From assembly GCA_002104905.1 (NCBI GenBank), contig MCFE01000650.1:1-49838 (forward strand): a stretch of DNA of 49,838 nt, given 5' to 3'. Under the pieces are notes generated by a model, which was not told the origin of the DNA, made no database searches, and saw only the letters and a program-made list of their open reading frames with translations. Made by a program: the position numbers and the translations under genes. Shown here in pieces: positions 20,650 through 32,225 of this stretch; position 1 is the first letter of the stretch, and every line of letters begins with the position of its first letter. The DNA is from Basidiobolus meristosporus CBS 931.73 (taxonomy: Eukaryota; Fungi; Basidiobolomycota).

Positions 20650-21380
20650 TTATTGTAGAAATTAACTCCTTGATTTTATGTCTCATCATCAACATGAAGC
20701 TGGAATAAGCAAAGAAGCTTTGTAGAATGTGGCCATAAAAACTGACAGCATTGACAATCTGCCAAGCTTGGCTCTATGTCAGCCACTAAGATGTCAAGAC
20801 TTTGGATCCACCAGATCTTCATTTCCTTGTGGACTTGCCCTAGTAGCAAACAGAAAGGGGTTAATGATGCAACCAAAAAGCAGGCAAAAATCAACAAGCT
20901 GTGTGTTTCATGGTGAATGCCATCATTCTGCCTGTGAATGCAAATGTATCACCCCAGCAGTCAAACAGGTCAAGAAACACCTCAGAGAAGTAGTAAATCC
21001 AAACCACTAATCCATATATTAATGATAAATGCCTTTGGTGTGGAAAGATGGGATATAGTTCATATGCTTGTCCTGAGAAGAACTCTGCAAAGTTGGCAAC
21101 AGTTACCCAGAATCTTGGTGATCAATCAACCAATGAAATGACAGTCTTTGAGGAAGCATATGAGGAACCTACAGCTTAGCATTATCACATCCTCATTGAA
21201 TTTCCAGATAAAATTGCTACTTTCCAAGAAAAGCAGAAACTAATCACACAGTTATAAGCCATGGAGGGGTCTCTAACTCTCAACAACAAGTTATATGTAG
21301 CTCTTCTGGATACTGGACCATCCAATGCTATTTTATCACCCAACATAGTCAGAAAGCTCAAGTTGGAAATTTAAAAAAAG
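20650..21380 (+). pseudogene. Remnant gag-protease of a further LTR retrotransposon family
   Basis: Knuckle-like motifs CVFHGECHHSACEC and CLWCGKMGYSSYAC, then YVALLDTGPSNAIL (aspartic protease DTG) near 21290-21330. No LTR seen. Confidence 0.55.
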
Positions 21381-21599
21381 TCAGGAAAAATGTACCTGCA
21401 GCTAAGGATCTATTGCTCTCACAAATTGGCATTGCTAACCTATTTAACTTATATTGTGGCTCAATAACTGTAATTCATCAAATGTTATTACACTGCATGT
21501 GGACCTCAGGTAGTCAATGGCTTAAACATTGTATATTTGTCTTTCACAAAGGTGGACTACCAGTTTCCTCTGTGATACCAAGTCTTGGCCACCAATAAA

Positions 21600-23402
21600 A
21601 TGTCTGATTCCTGAAGTTTTTTGATCACAACCAAAACAGGCAGTGTTGAGTGCAACTTTCTCACCCTAAGATGTATCAGGCCATAATCCTAATCTCCCCA
21701 CAGCCTGAAGAAATACTTGGGTCAAGCCTTTGAGTTGCACTGTCAACTGATCCCACAAGCATGCACCCTATCCTATCAAAGTGTTACATCCTTGATTATC
21801 TGTTTATTGATTTATTGATAATTGACCAAGTCCCAGGTATATTTTTAACAAGGGTTTAATACTCTCTAGTAATTGCAGATCTCCAAGCCTTTTTTGAGGG
21901 CTATTAAGGGCCACTTTTGCAGATTGGGGCTTATTGATATGAGCTGAACAGGCATAGGCTAAGTTTGTACCCTCATTGATGTAGTAATTTGGGCTGTTTC
22001 TGGTCCAGTAGGATATCCTTGTTTGAGATACTGAACTGATCAATTCCAAGATATTACAGTGCACTGATTTAGGCTTGGTTGTAAAGTCCACTGTAGTGAA
22101 AGAATATCATTGTTTGCTCCAATTCAATCCTCACTATTGGTGGACTTGAGATCAGATTTTGTCCACTGCTGATGTCATTGTTGTGAAAACTTTGAACCTC
22201 CATTTATCAACATATCCCCGGACTTGATAGCTATTTTCTTTAGGTATTTGAGAATCTATATGCCTTATTCCAACAGCCGCAGCTCTAAATTATGCATTTT
22301 ACACTTTTTAGCACAAATTTTAACTGATTTGCAATTGGTTTCTTGGCACATAGTGTGCATCCAAATGTTTTTAGACAATCTGATCTCGGTATGTATCCAT
22401 TCCATGCTTCAAATGGAACAGAATTGCCAAGTATTCTGTTATAATTCCTACATCTGAAATACACAACTGTAGCTTCTAAATCAACTCAAGAATTATTGTA
22501 TAATATTTGATCATGGATTGTAGATCTTGCCATATCAGTTAACATTAATCTGTTTGCACATTCTGCCACTGCATTTTGCTGTTTGGAGTATGGTAGAGTG
22601 GTGACCTGTGTTATACCACATATTACCCAGAAATGGATGAAGAAATTTGAGTTATAATCTGCACAGTTGTCAGAGCATATTTTCTTAAACTTTTTTACCA
22701 ATTTCTTTTGCAGCCAAGGTTTTAAGCTTCATGAGCTTAAACAAAGCTTCTTCCTTTGTTTCCTTGAAGTCAGCGCATGTCCTCTAATAAAACTTTCTAT
22801 CAGAATGATATAATACTTTATATTGATTAAGGATAGAATTTGCAAAGTTTTGCACAGATCTGGGTGAATTAGAGCAAGTTCTTTCCTAGTTTTGATTAAG
22901 TCAGAGCTCTTGAACTGTTGTATGGCTTGCTTCTCATATATGCAGGCTTCACAGTGCACTAAATTTAATGAGTGATCAGTTTTTACTCTCAAAATTAGCT
23001 GATCTTTGATAATTTTGCGCAAATAATCAATGTGGATATGTCAGCATCTCCTGTGCCAGAGCATCGGTGTTTCTTCACTTAGGTTACTTATATTATCTTC
23101 CAGATATCAGGCAATAATACCTTCTAGGCATTCTTTGCTGTTTTTGCACACAAGCACTGAATTAGCAATTTGTAGTTGAAATTATGGCAATTGCAGTTAA
23201 AGGCACTTAGTTCTTTCTTCTGGTACTTTGAGACCCTCTCTCCTGAACCATTAGGAAAACATTCTTCTCCTGTTATAATTTTATATTCCTCTTGACCTTT
23301 TATACTTGGTAGTTAGATCCATCCAACTTTTCAGCAGAAGGTAAAATTTCAGTAATAGCAGTAGTAGACACTGCAGTAAGTGACAGCTCAGGGCTCATAA
23401 CC
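21600..23402 (-). pseudogene. Degenerate Ty1/copia (family Cp2) internal region: gag, pre-integrase, integrase, start of RT
   Basis: KLDGSNYQV gag start (~23320), HCEACIYEKQ...LIHPDLC (22729-23022) and ICSDNC...TTLPYSKQQNAVAE (22486-22701). Colinear with 44900-46300. Confidence 0.8.
23389..23402 (-). other. Copia Cp2 PBS complementary to the anticodon arm of initiator tRNA-Met (Ty5/copia half-tRNA priming)
   Basis: The minus strand reads GGTTATGAGCCCTG directly after the LTR end ...TTACAACA. A decayed copy (GATTATCAGCCC) lies at 46319-46330. Confidence 0.85.
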
Positions 23403-23698
23403 TGTTGTAAGAGTCTTGAATGTATTGATAGTGATCAGAAGTACAGGTAAATGTTGAGGTTTCCACTAAATGATTAATTGATTACAAAAGTAGTATGTTT
23501 ACTTTACATGGTCTTGGCCAAATAAACACATAGACTATATTTAGCAAGGATCCATCAATATGTGTGCAAAGTTTGGGACTGTTTGGAAATCTCTAAGAAT
23601 TTTCATGTTCTGGGTACCTGATATTTTGATTAAATTATTCTAGGTAAATCCCAACAAGGCATTTGGTCAGTATTCTTCAAGACCTGTAGGTAATGATC
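23403..23698 (-). repeat. Copia Cp2 5' LTR, split by G2 copy B; remaining ~50 bp at 28641 to ~28692
   Basis: Homologous to 43184-43532, 46331-46678, 47411-47759 and 49449-49796. The uninterrupted copy at 46617-46640 has a single GATC at the insertion point. Confidence 0.85.
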
Positions 23699-23739
23699 TG
23701 TTATGATCTGCCGCTTGAATGTTTAAGTTAGATCAGTTT

Positions 23740-23987
23740 TTAGTCAAATCAATTAGTATATGTTTAGGTTATCAGTATATCTGTATTATCTATGAAATCA
23801 GTAGCATTAGTCAGCAAATGAATCAGCAGATCCTTATCAGACAGAAATAGATATATTAAGTAGGATCTTATTGGGTGATGATGATGCAATCAAATGAGTC
23901 ATCAGCCACAACCTACATTAGGAAATACAATTAGTCAGCAATTGATCTGGCAAAATGTATATAAGGAGCTGCTGGAACCTCAATAAA
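23740..23987 (+). promoter_or_regulatory. G2 LTR promoter: bZIP (AP-1/Gcn4/Yap-like) sites, TATA box, poly(A) signal
   Basis: ATGAGTCAT at 23894-23902; TTAGTCA at 23740, 23807 and 23931; TATATAA at 23958-23964; AATAAA at 23982-23987. Confidence 0.5.
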
Positions 23988-24067
23988 AATCAGTTCAAGT
24001 TTTAGTGAATACAATACTAGCTAAACTCACTATTCCTCTACAACTCTTATACCAAGACTTGTAACAT

Positions 24068-24078
24068 TGGTAGCAGCA
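24068..24078 (+). other. G2 PBS, probably for the 3' end of initiator tRNA-Met
   Basis: TGGTAGCAGCA here and TGGTAGCAGCG at 29250. TGGTAGC is the complement of the eukaryotic tRNA-iMet 3' end (...GCUACCA). Confidence 0.7.
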
Positions 24079-24124
24079 ATAACCAGAAACCTCCCTCCTG
24101 AAGAAAGAAGAAACCACCCTCAAG

Positions 24125-27100
24125 ATGTCGGACAATCAAGAATGGAAGAATGCCATGCAGCAAATCCTGGCCCAACAGCAACAGCTACTCCAGATCCTCA
24201 GCCAACAGCAACAAGGAATGACTACCATGGCTCAGAGCCAGCAAAGCCCTGTCAAGAGCACCTTTAGTGTGAAGGTCAACCGGTACCATGGCAGAGTCAA
24301 TGAAAACCTGGGAACTTGGCTCTTTCAGATTGAAGAAGCTTTTAAAGCTAAAGGAATTGCTCCAGAGAGCAAGTTGCATTATGCAGCTTCTTACCTGGCA
24401 GATGCAGCTTTACAGTGGTACCACAACAAGATCAGGACAGCTATTATGATGGGAAGCTCTACAATCTCTACCTGGGATGAGTTTGTGTCGGAAATTCAGG
24501 ATGCTTTTGAACCTCCAGACCAGCAGACACTACTAAGAAGGAAGTTAAAGACACTCAGACAGAAAGGAATGGTGCAAGAATACATCTATGAGTACAGATG
24601 TCAACTTGGGCAAATTGAAAGAATGGACCCCTTGGATCAAGTTGAATACTTTATTGATGGGTTGAAAGAAAGAACTCGCAAGGAAGTCAATTACCAAAGA
24701 CCTCAGACTATTGAAGAAGTCATCAAGATTGCCATTGACTATGACTCAGCTATGTTTGGAGTTGGGAAGCCTACAGTGACTAATCAGAAAGGTTATAATC
24801 ATAATGAAAGAACACAATCAGAAGCAGTACCAATGGAAATAGACGCTATGCAGAAGAATCCCTCCTCAGAAGAATGCAAGAAGAGAGGACTTTGCTTCAA
24901 TTGCAACCAGCAGGGACATATTGCAAAGTACTGCCCTCAGAGAAGAAATGGACACCAGCCCACAAGAACCTTCAACCATATTGAGTCCCTTGAGCACAGT
25001 AATGTGGAAAATGAACTTGAAGAAGACTTGTAACTCACCTTCCATATGACAGAAGAGTACTTGTCCCAAATGACTTCAAACTCAGGGAAGTTATTGTACT
25101 TGAATGGAGTAATCAATGGAGTACCTGCCAAGATCATGATTGACTCAGGAGCATTGCATGAGTACATGTCAGAGCAATTTGCTTTGAAAGCTGGAATCAA
25201 CTTGGAACCTACCAAATCAACTTCAGTTTCCACAGCTGATGGGAACTCCCACATAATCAACCGTATTACCTAGCCAGTAAGAATGAAGATCAATGACTAT
25301 GAAGAAGACCTACAGGCTTATATATTTGGGAACTGCAAGTTTGACCTTGTACTTGGAAAAACCTGGCTATTTTGTTGTAATCCATCAATCAACTGGAGAA
25401 CCCATGCTACTCAGATCCAAAAAGACAACAAGACTCACGAGCTATTACCTGCCATGCTGGACTTCAACTTGGTCAATTCCAGTGTGTGTGAGACAAGTGA
25501 ACTTAGCAAGACCCAGTTCTGTAGAGCACTTAGAAAAGGTACCAAGATGTTCCTCATGGCGGTATTACAGGAGAATTCCTCTACCCCAGCACCCCAGCAG
25601 GTCCAGACTCTCTTGAAGAAATATTTAGACATGTTCCCAGATGAGCTTGTAAGCCTACCACTAGTCAGAGACGTGGATTGTGCCATTGACACAGGAGATA
25701 GCCCTCCAGTGAACAAGACACCTTACAAAATGAGTCCATTAGAATTGGAGGAAATGAAGAGACAAATTGATCAGCTATTGGAGCAAGGATACATCAGGCC
25801 CAGCAAGTCACCCTGGGGAGCACCAGTGCTTTTTGCAAAAAAGAAGGATGGAACACTTAGGATGTGCATTGACTACAGAGCCCTGAACTCAGTTACCGTC
25901 AAGAATAAGTACCCCATACCTTGGATTGATGAGCTTTTAGACCAACTTAATGGAGCCACTATTTTCAGTAAGATTGACCTCATGTCAGGATACAACCAGA
26001 TTAGGGTGAAGCCAGAAGACATTCCCAAGACAGCATTCAGGACCAGATATGGACATTACTAGTACTTAGTCATGAGTTTTGGCCTCACCAATGCCCCTGC
26101 AACATTCATGACGCTGATGCAGACTGTCTTTCAGGAGTACTTAGACAAGTTTGTGATAACCTACCTGGATGACATATTAATATACAGCAAGACAGAAGAG
26201 GATCACGTAGTGCACATTGAAAAGGTCTTGAAGAAACTAAGAGAGAACAAGCTATATGGCAAGCTAGCCAAGTGTGAATTCTTCAAGGAGCACGTTGAAT
26301 ACCTGGGACACATAGTGACTAGCACAGGAGTAACCTTAGACCCAAAGAAGGTGGAAGTAATCAAGAATTTGAAGCAGCCCCATAGCATATCAGAACTCAG
26401 ATCATTCCTTGGAATGGTTTCCTATTATTGGAGATTTGTCAAGTCTTTTGCAAGTATTGCAGCCCCTTTAACTGATATCCTCAAGAAAGACAATACCTAC
26501 AAGTGGGACATAGCTTGTGAGACTGCCTTCCAGACGCTCAAGAATGAACTTGCTAAGCTGCCAAGCCTAAGAATACCAGACTTCAGAAAAGAGTTCACTC
26601 TGTGCACAGATGCTTCAGATTATGCAATTGGTGGAGTGCTGAGCCAAGAACACAAGGGAAAGGAGTACCCTGTTGCCTTTGAATCCAAGAGGCTGAACTC
26701 AGCAGAACAAAACTATCCAGTCCATGAGAAGGAGATGCTTGCTATAATACACTGTTTGAAGACATGGAGATGCTATATTGAAGGAGTCAAATGCACTGTG
26801 AAGACTGATCATGCCTCCCTCAAGTATATATTTACTCAGAAGGTACTCTCTAGAAGAATGACAAGATGGAGTGAATACATTCAGCAATTTGACCTGGAGA
26901 TTGTCTACTGCCCTGGAAAAAACAACACGGTTGCTGATGCCTTATCAAGATTAGATCAAGTTGCACAACTCAACTTGGTGCATGAATCAGATTGGCCTAG
27001 CCTATTACCAAAGTACTTGGAGGACCAAGCCATTCCTAATGAGGTGGATGAAGATATCAAGAAGATAATCCATGATGAAGCCAGCAAATTTGTTGTACAG

Positions 27101-28258
27101 GATGAAACACTCTACCAAATTGTTGATGGAAGCCCTATTGCCTATTGTCCTTATGTTGCTTACCTGGATTTAATACATAAGCTACACAATGGATATGGAC
27201 ATCTTGGGATTGACGGAACCTATAGCCTTGTGAAAGCCAGAGCATGGTGGCCCAGAATCAAACAAGATATTGAGAAGCTAGTGAAAACATGCCCAAATTG
27301 CCAAATGAACCAAGGCCAGCCACAAAGAATTGCCAAACTCTTCCCTTTGGAGCCTGTAAGACCATTTGAGAGATGGGGAATTGACTTTATTGGAAGACTG
27401 CCAACTACCAGGAAATGCAACTGTTGGATCCTAGTAGCTATTGACCATGCCACTAAATGGCCAGTTGCTAAAGCTGTACCAATAGCCAGTGAACAAGAAG
27501 TTGCAAGTTTCATTTACCATGAGATCCTGATGAAGTTTTGATGCCCTGTGGAGATCTTATCTGATAGAGGAGCAAACTTTATGGCAAAGACATTAGAGGC
27601 TTACCTGGAAATGCAGCAGATCAGACACTTGAAAACCTCGGCATATCACCCCAGAACTAATGGAGTCACTGAGCGGTTTAATGGATTATTTGGAAAAATG
27701 CTGACCAAGTATGCAAATGGAGTTGTCAGTAGATGGGATGAGTATATAGACCAGGCACTCTTTGCATGCAGAATCAGAGTACACAACACCACCCAGCAAT
27801 CACCATTTTACTTAGTTTATGGATGTGAACCAAGGATTCCAGGAGATCTCACACAACCAAAGCTTACAGACACCTTAGAAGATGAACTCAGTCAGCCAAG
27901 TAGACACCAGCAACTGGAACAAAGATGTCAAGAGGCACAGACCAAAGTATCTCAAAGTGCAGAAAAGATGAAGCAGAGATTTGATAAGACTATAGCACCA
28001 GAAGCATTGACAGTTGGGAACTTTGTATTGCTAAGAAACAACACTTGGAAGAAGTTTAAGCCACAATGGACAGGACCATTCAAGATCATCAGAGAATGTC
28101 CATTTGCAACTTACCAACTGGTGGACAAACAAGGTAAAATCTGGGAAGACTTAGTGCATAGGGACAGACTCAAGCGTGCAAGACTTGCTGATAATACTGA
28201 ACCATCAAGATATTGGTATCACAAGAAAAGAGATTCAGGAGAACCCTCTCAACTTTAG
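24125..28258 (+). pseudogene. gag-pol: G2 single-frame Gag-Pol with four in-frame stops
   Basis: ORFs at 24125, 25046, 25283, 26072 and 27548 are all in one frame. Motifs: CFNCNQQGHIAKYC, MIDSGA, TYLDDIL, CTDASDY, GHLG...CPNC, DFIG, SDRGANF, ERFN and GPF. Stops at 25031, 25271, 26060 and 27539. Confidence 0.93.
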
Positions 28259-31200
28259 TAGGGGTGAATGTTATGATCTGCCGCTTGAATGTTTAAGTTA
28301 GATCAGTTTTTAGTCAAATCAATTAGTATATGTTTAGGTTATCAGTATATCAGTATTACCTATGAAATCAGTAACATTAGTCAGCAAATGAATCAGTAGA
28401 TTCTTATCAGACAGAAATAGATAAATTAAGTAGGATCTTATTAGGTGATGATGATGCAATCAAATGAGTCATCAGCCACAACCTACATTAGGAAATACAA
28501 TTAGTCAGCAATTGATCTGGCAAAATGTATATAAGGAGCTGCTGGAACCGCAATAAAAATCAGTTCAAGTTTTAGTGAATACAATACTAGCTAAACTCCC
28601 TATTCCTCTACAACTCTTATACCAAGACTTGTAACAGATCTAAGTTACTAAGTTTGGTGAATATCTAGGCAGAATTACAATTTCTTAAAATTTAACAATT
28701 TTTCCTTGCCTAGGCATTCTCTACATCCTGCCTAACCTCCTTTCAAGACTCTCTCCAATTACATCAAGGCAAGGGGATATGATTACTGAGATAATAACAC
28801 TATGCAAAATAGGCCTCATGATCCTATTAAACTCATCACAAAACTTAAATCCAATGACTAAGAGATATGATTCTGTGAGGGTGTTAAGATATAGCACTTG
28901 AATGTCTAAGTTAGATTAGTCTTTATCAAATCAATTAGTTATATGTTTAGCCTGTCAGTATATCAGAGTTGTCTACCAAATCAGTAGCATTAGTCAGCAA
29001 GTGAATCAGCAGATTTTTGTCAGACAGAAATAGATATATTAAGTAAGATCTTATTGGGTGATGATGATGCACTCCAATGGGTCAACAGCCACAACCTACA
29101 TTAGGAAAACCAATTTGTCAGCAATTGATCTGGCAACTGTATATAAGGAGCTGCCAGAACCTCAATAAAAGTCTGTTCAAATTTTAGTGAATACAATACT
29201 AGCTAAGATCCCTATTCCTCTACAACTCTTATACCAAGACTTGTAACATTGGTAGCAGCGATAACCAGAAACCTCCCTCCTGAAGAAAGAAGAAACCACC
29301 CTCAAGATGTTGGACAATCAAGAATGGAAGAATGCCATGCAGCAAATCCTGGCCCAACAGCAACAACTACTCCAGATCCCTAGCCATCAGCAAAAAGGAA
29401 TGACTACCATGGCCTAAAGCCAGCAAAATCCTGTCAAAACCAACTTTAGTGTGAAGGTCAACCAGTACCATGATAGAGTCAATGAAAACCTGGGATCTTG
29501 GCTCTTTCAGATTGAAGAAGCTTTCAAGGCTGAGGGATTTGCTCCAATGGAAATAGATGCTACACAGAAGAATCCTACCTCAGAAAATGTAAGAAGAAAG
29601 GACTTTGCTTCAATGCTACCAGCAGGGAAATATTTCAAAGCAATCCCCTCAGAGAAGAAATGGACACCAGCCCTCAAGAACCATCTACCATATTGAAGCC
29701 ATTAAGCATAGTAACATGGTGGATGAACTTAAAGAAGACTTAGAACTCACCTTCCATATTACAAAAGAATACCTATCCCAGATGACCTCAAACTCAGGAA
29801 AGCTACTATACTTAAATGGAGTAATCAATGGAGTACCTGCCCAGATCATGATTGACTCAGGAGCATCACATGAGTACATGTCAGAGCAATTTGCTTTGAA
29901 AGCTGGAACCAAATTGGAACCCACCAAGTCAGCTTCAGTCTCAACAGCCAATGGGAACTCTCACATAATCAACCATATAGCTTAGCCAGTAAGGATGAAG
30001 ATTAATGACTATGAAGAAGACCTACAGGCCTATATTATTGGGAACTCCAAGTTTGACCTTGTACTTGGAAAATCCTGGCTATTCTGTTTGGAACCATCAA
30101 TCAACTGGAGAATTCATTCTACTCAGATCCAAAACAACAACTAGATCTACAAGCTTTTACCTGACAGAATGAATTTCAACTTGCTCAGTTCAAGTGTGTG
30201 AGACAAGTAAACTTAGCAAGACAAACTTCTGTAGAGCACTTAGAAAAGGCACCCAGATGTTTCTTGTGGCGGTATTACAGGAAAATTCCTCTACTCCAGT
30301 TTCTCAGAAAGTTCAGACTCTTTTGAAAGAATATTCAGGCGTATTTCCAGATAAACCTGTAAGCCTACCCCCAGTCAGAGATGTGGATCATGCCATAGAC
30401 ACAGGAGATAGCCCTCCAGTGAGTAAGACACCTTACAGAATGAGTCCATTGGAGTTGAAAGAGATGAAGAGACAAATAGATCAGCTATTGGAGCAAGAAT
30501 ATATCAAACCCAGTAAGTCACCTTGGGGAGCACCAGTACCTTTTGTGAAGAAGAGGGATGGAGTACTTAGGATGTGCATTGACTACAGAGCCCTCAACTC
30601 AGTTACTGTGAAGAATAAGTACTCCATACCTTGGATTGATGAGCTTTTGGACCAACTCAACGGAGCCACTATGCTTAGCAAGATTGACCTCATGTCAGGA
30701 TACAACCATATTAGAGTGAAGCCAGAAGACATCCTTAAGACAGCATTTGGGACCAGATACGGACATTATAAGTACTTAGTCGTGAGTTTTGGCCTCACCA
30801 ATACCCCCACTACATTCATGACCCTGATGCAGACTGTCTTCCAGGAGTATTTAGACAAGCTTGTGATAATCTACCTAGATGACATATTGATATGCAGTAA
30901 GTGAGAAGAGGATCACTTGGTGCACATTAAAAAGGTCTTGAAGAAGCTAAAAGAGAGCAAGCTATATGGCAAGATACCCAAATTTGAATTCTTCAAGAAA
31001 CATGTTGAATATCTGGACACACACTGACTAGCACAGGTGTAACCTTGCACCCTGAGAAGATTGAAGTTAACAAGAATCTGAAGCAGCCCCATAGCATATT
31101 AGACCTCCAATTATTCCTTGGAATGGTTTCCTATTATTGGGGATTTGTCAAGTCCTTTGCAAGTATTGCAGCCCCTTTAACTGATATCCTCAAGATAGAC

Positions 31201-32225
31201 AATACCTCCAAGTGGGACACGGCTTGTGAGACTGCCTTTCAGTTGCCCAAGAATGAACATGCTGAGCTGCCAAGCTTAAAAATACCTGACTTCAGAAAAG
31301 AGTTTGCTCTGTGCACCATTGCTTCAGATTATGCAATGGTGGAGTGTTAAGCCAAGAACACAAGGGAAGGGACTACCCAGTTGCCTTTGAATCCAAGAAA
31401 CTGAACTCAGCAAAACAAAACTATCCAGTGCATGAGAAGGAGATGCTTGCCATAATACACTGCTTGCAGATATGAAGATGCTGTAATGAAGGAGTCAAAT
31501 GCACCATGAAGACTGATTATGCCTCCCTCAATTATATATTTACTCACAGGGTACTCCCTAGAAGTATGACAAGATGGAGTGAATACATTCTGCAATTTGA
31601 TTTGGAGATTGTTTACTGCCCTGGGAAAATCAACATGAATGCTGATGCCTTATCAAGATTAAAACAGGTTGTACAACTCAACTTGGTGCATGAGTCAGAT
31701 TGGCCTAGCCTATTACCAATGTACTTGGAGAACCAAGCCATTCCTAAAGAGGTGGATGAAGCAATCAAGAAGATAATCTGGGATGAGGCCAGCAAGGTTG
31801 TGGTACAGGATGAAACACTCAACCATATTGTTGATGGAAGCCCTATTGCCTATTGCCCTTATGTTACTTGCCTGGACTAGATACATAAGCTACACAATGG
31901 ATATGGACTTCTTGGAATTCTCAGGACTGTTGAAAAATAATTGCACCCCAGATTTCACAAAAAACTTTGTCAAACTTTTTCATCACAACAATGTATAAGT
32001 GGCTTTTGATTGGTTCCCTGCCAATTTGCTCACTTTCTGATCCTGGACACTCTATTGCCTCCTATGTTTGTGTGAATTGATTGGCTATTGCCCCTTTTTT
32101 ACACTCCTTACTTCCTGACTCAAATGTTTCTCTTACTTTTCATGCATACAAATTGATTTATTTCCATTGAAACTTCAGTTGTACCTCAATTGCCAATTAT
32201 ATTGACCTATACAAGTCTCTATATC

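Larger units (their letters stand above)
23699..28636 (+). mobile_element. Full-length Ty3/gypsy G2 copy B (no chromodomain)
   Basis: 368-bp LTRs at 23699-24066 and 28269-28636 (about 9 mismatches). 4-bp TSD GATC at 23695-23698 and 28637-28640. PBS TGGTAGCAGC at 24068 and PPT AGTAGGGGTGAA at 28257-28268. Confidence 0.97.

Noticed and set aside
23899-23905. CTGATGA (minus strand) in the G2 LTR as a hammerhead ribozyme core, as in retrozymes
   Set aside because: No properly placed GAAA or stems II/III could be found.
25025-25048. TAA between G2 gag and pol as a programmed read-through site
   Set aside because: Copy C has GAA at this codon and copy A is also sense, so it is a mutation in a single gag-pol frame.
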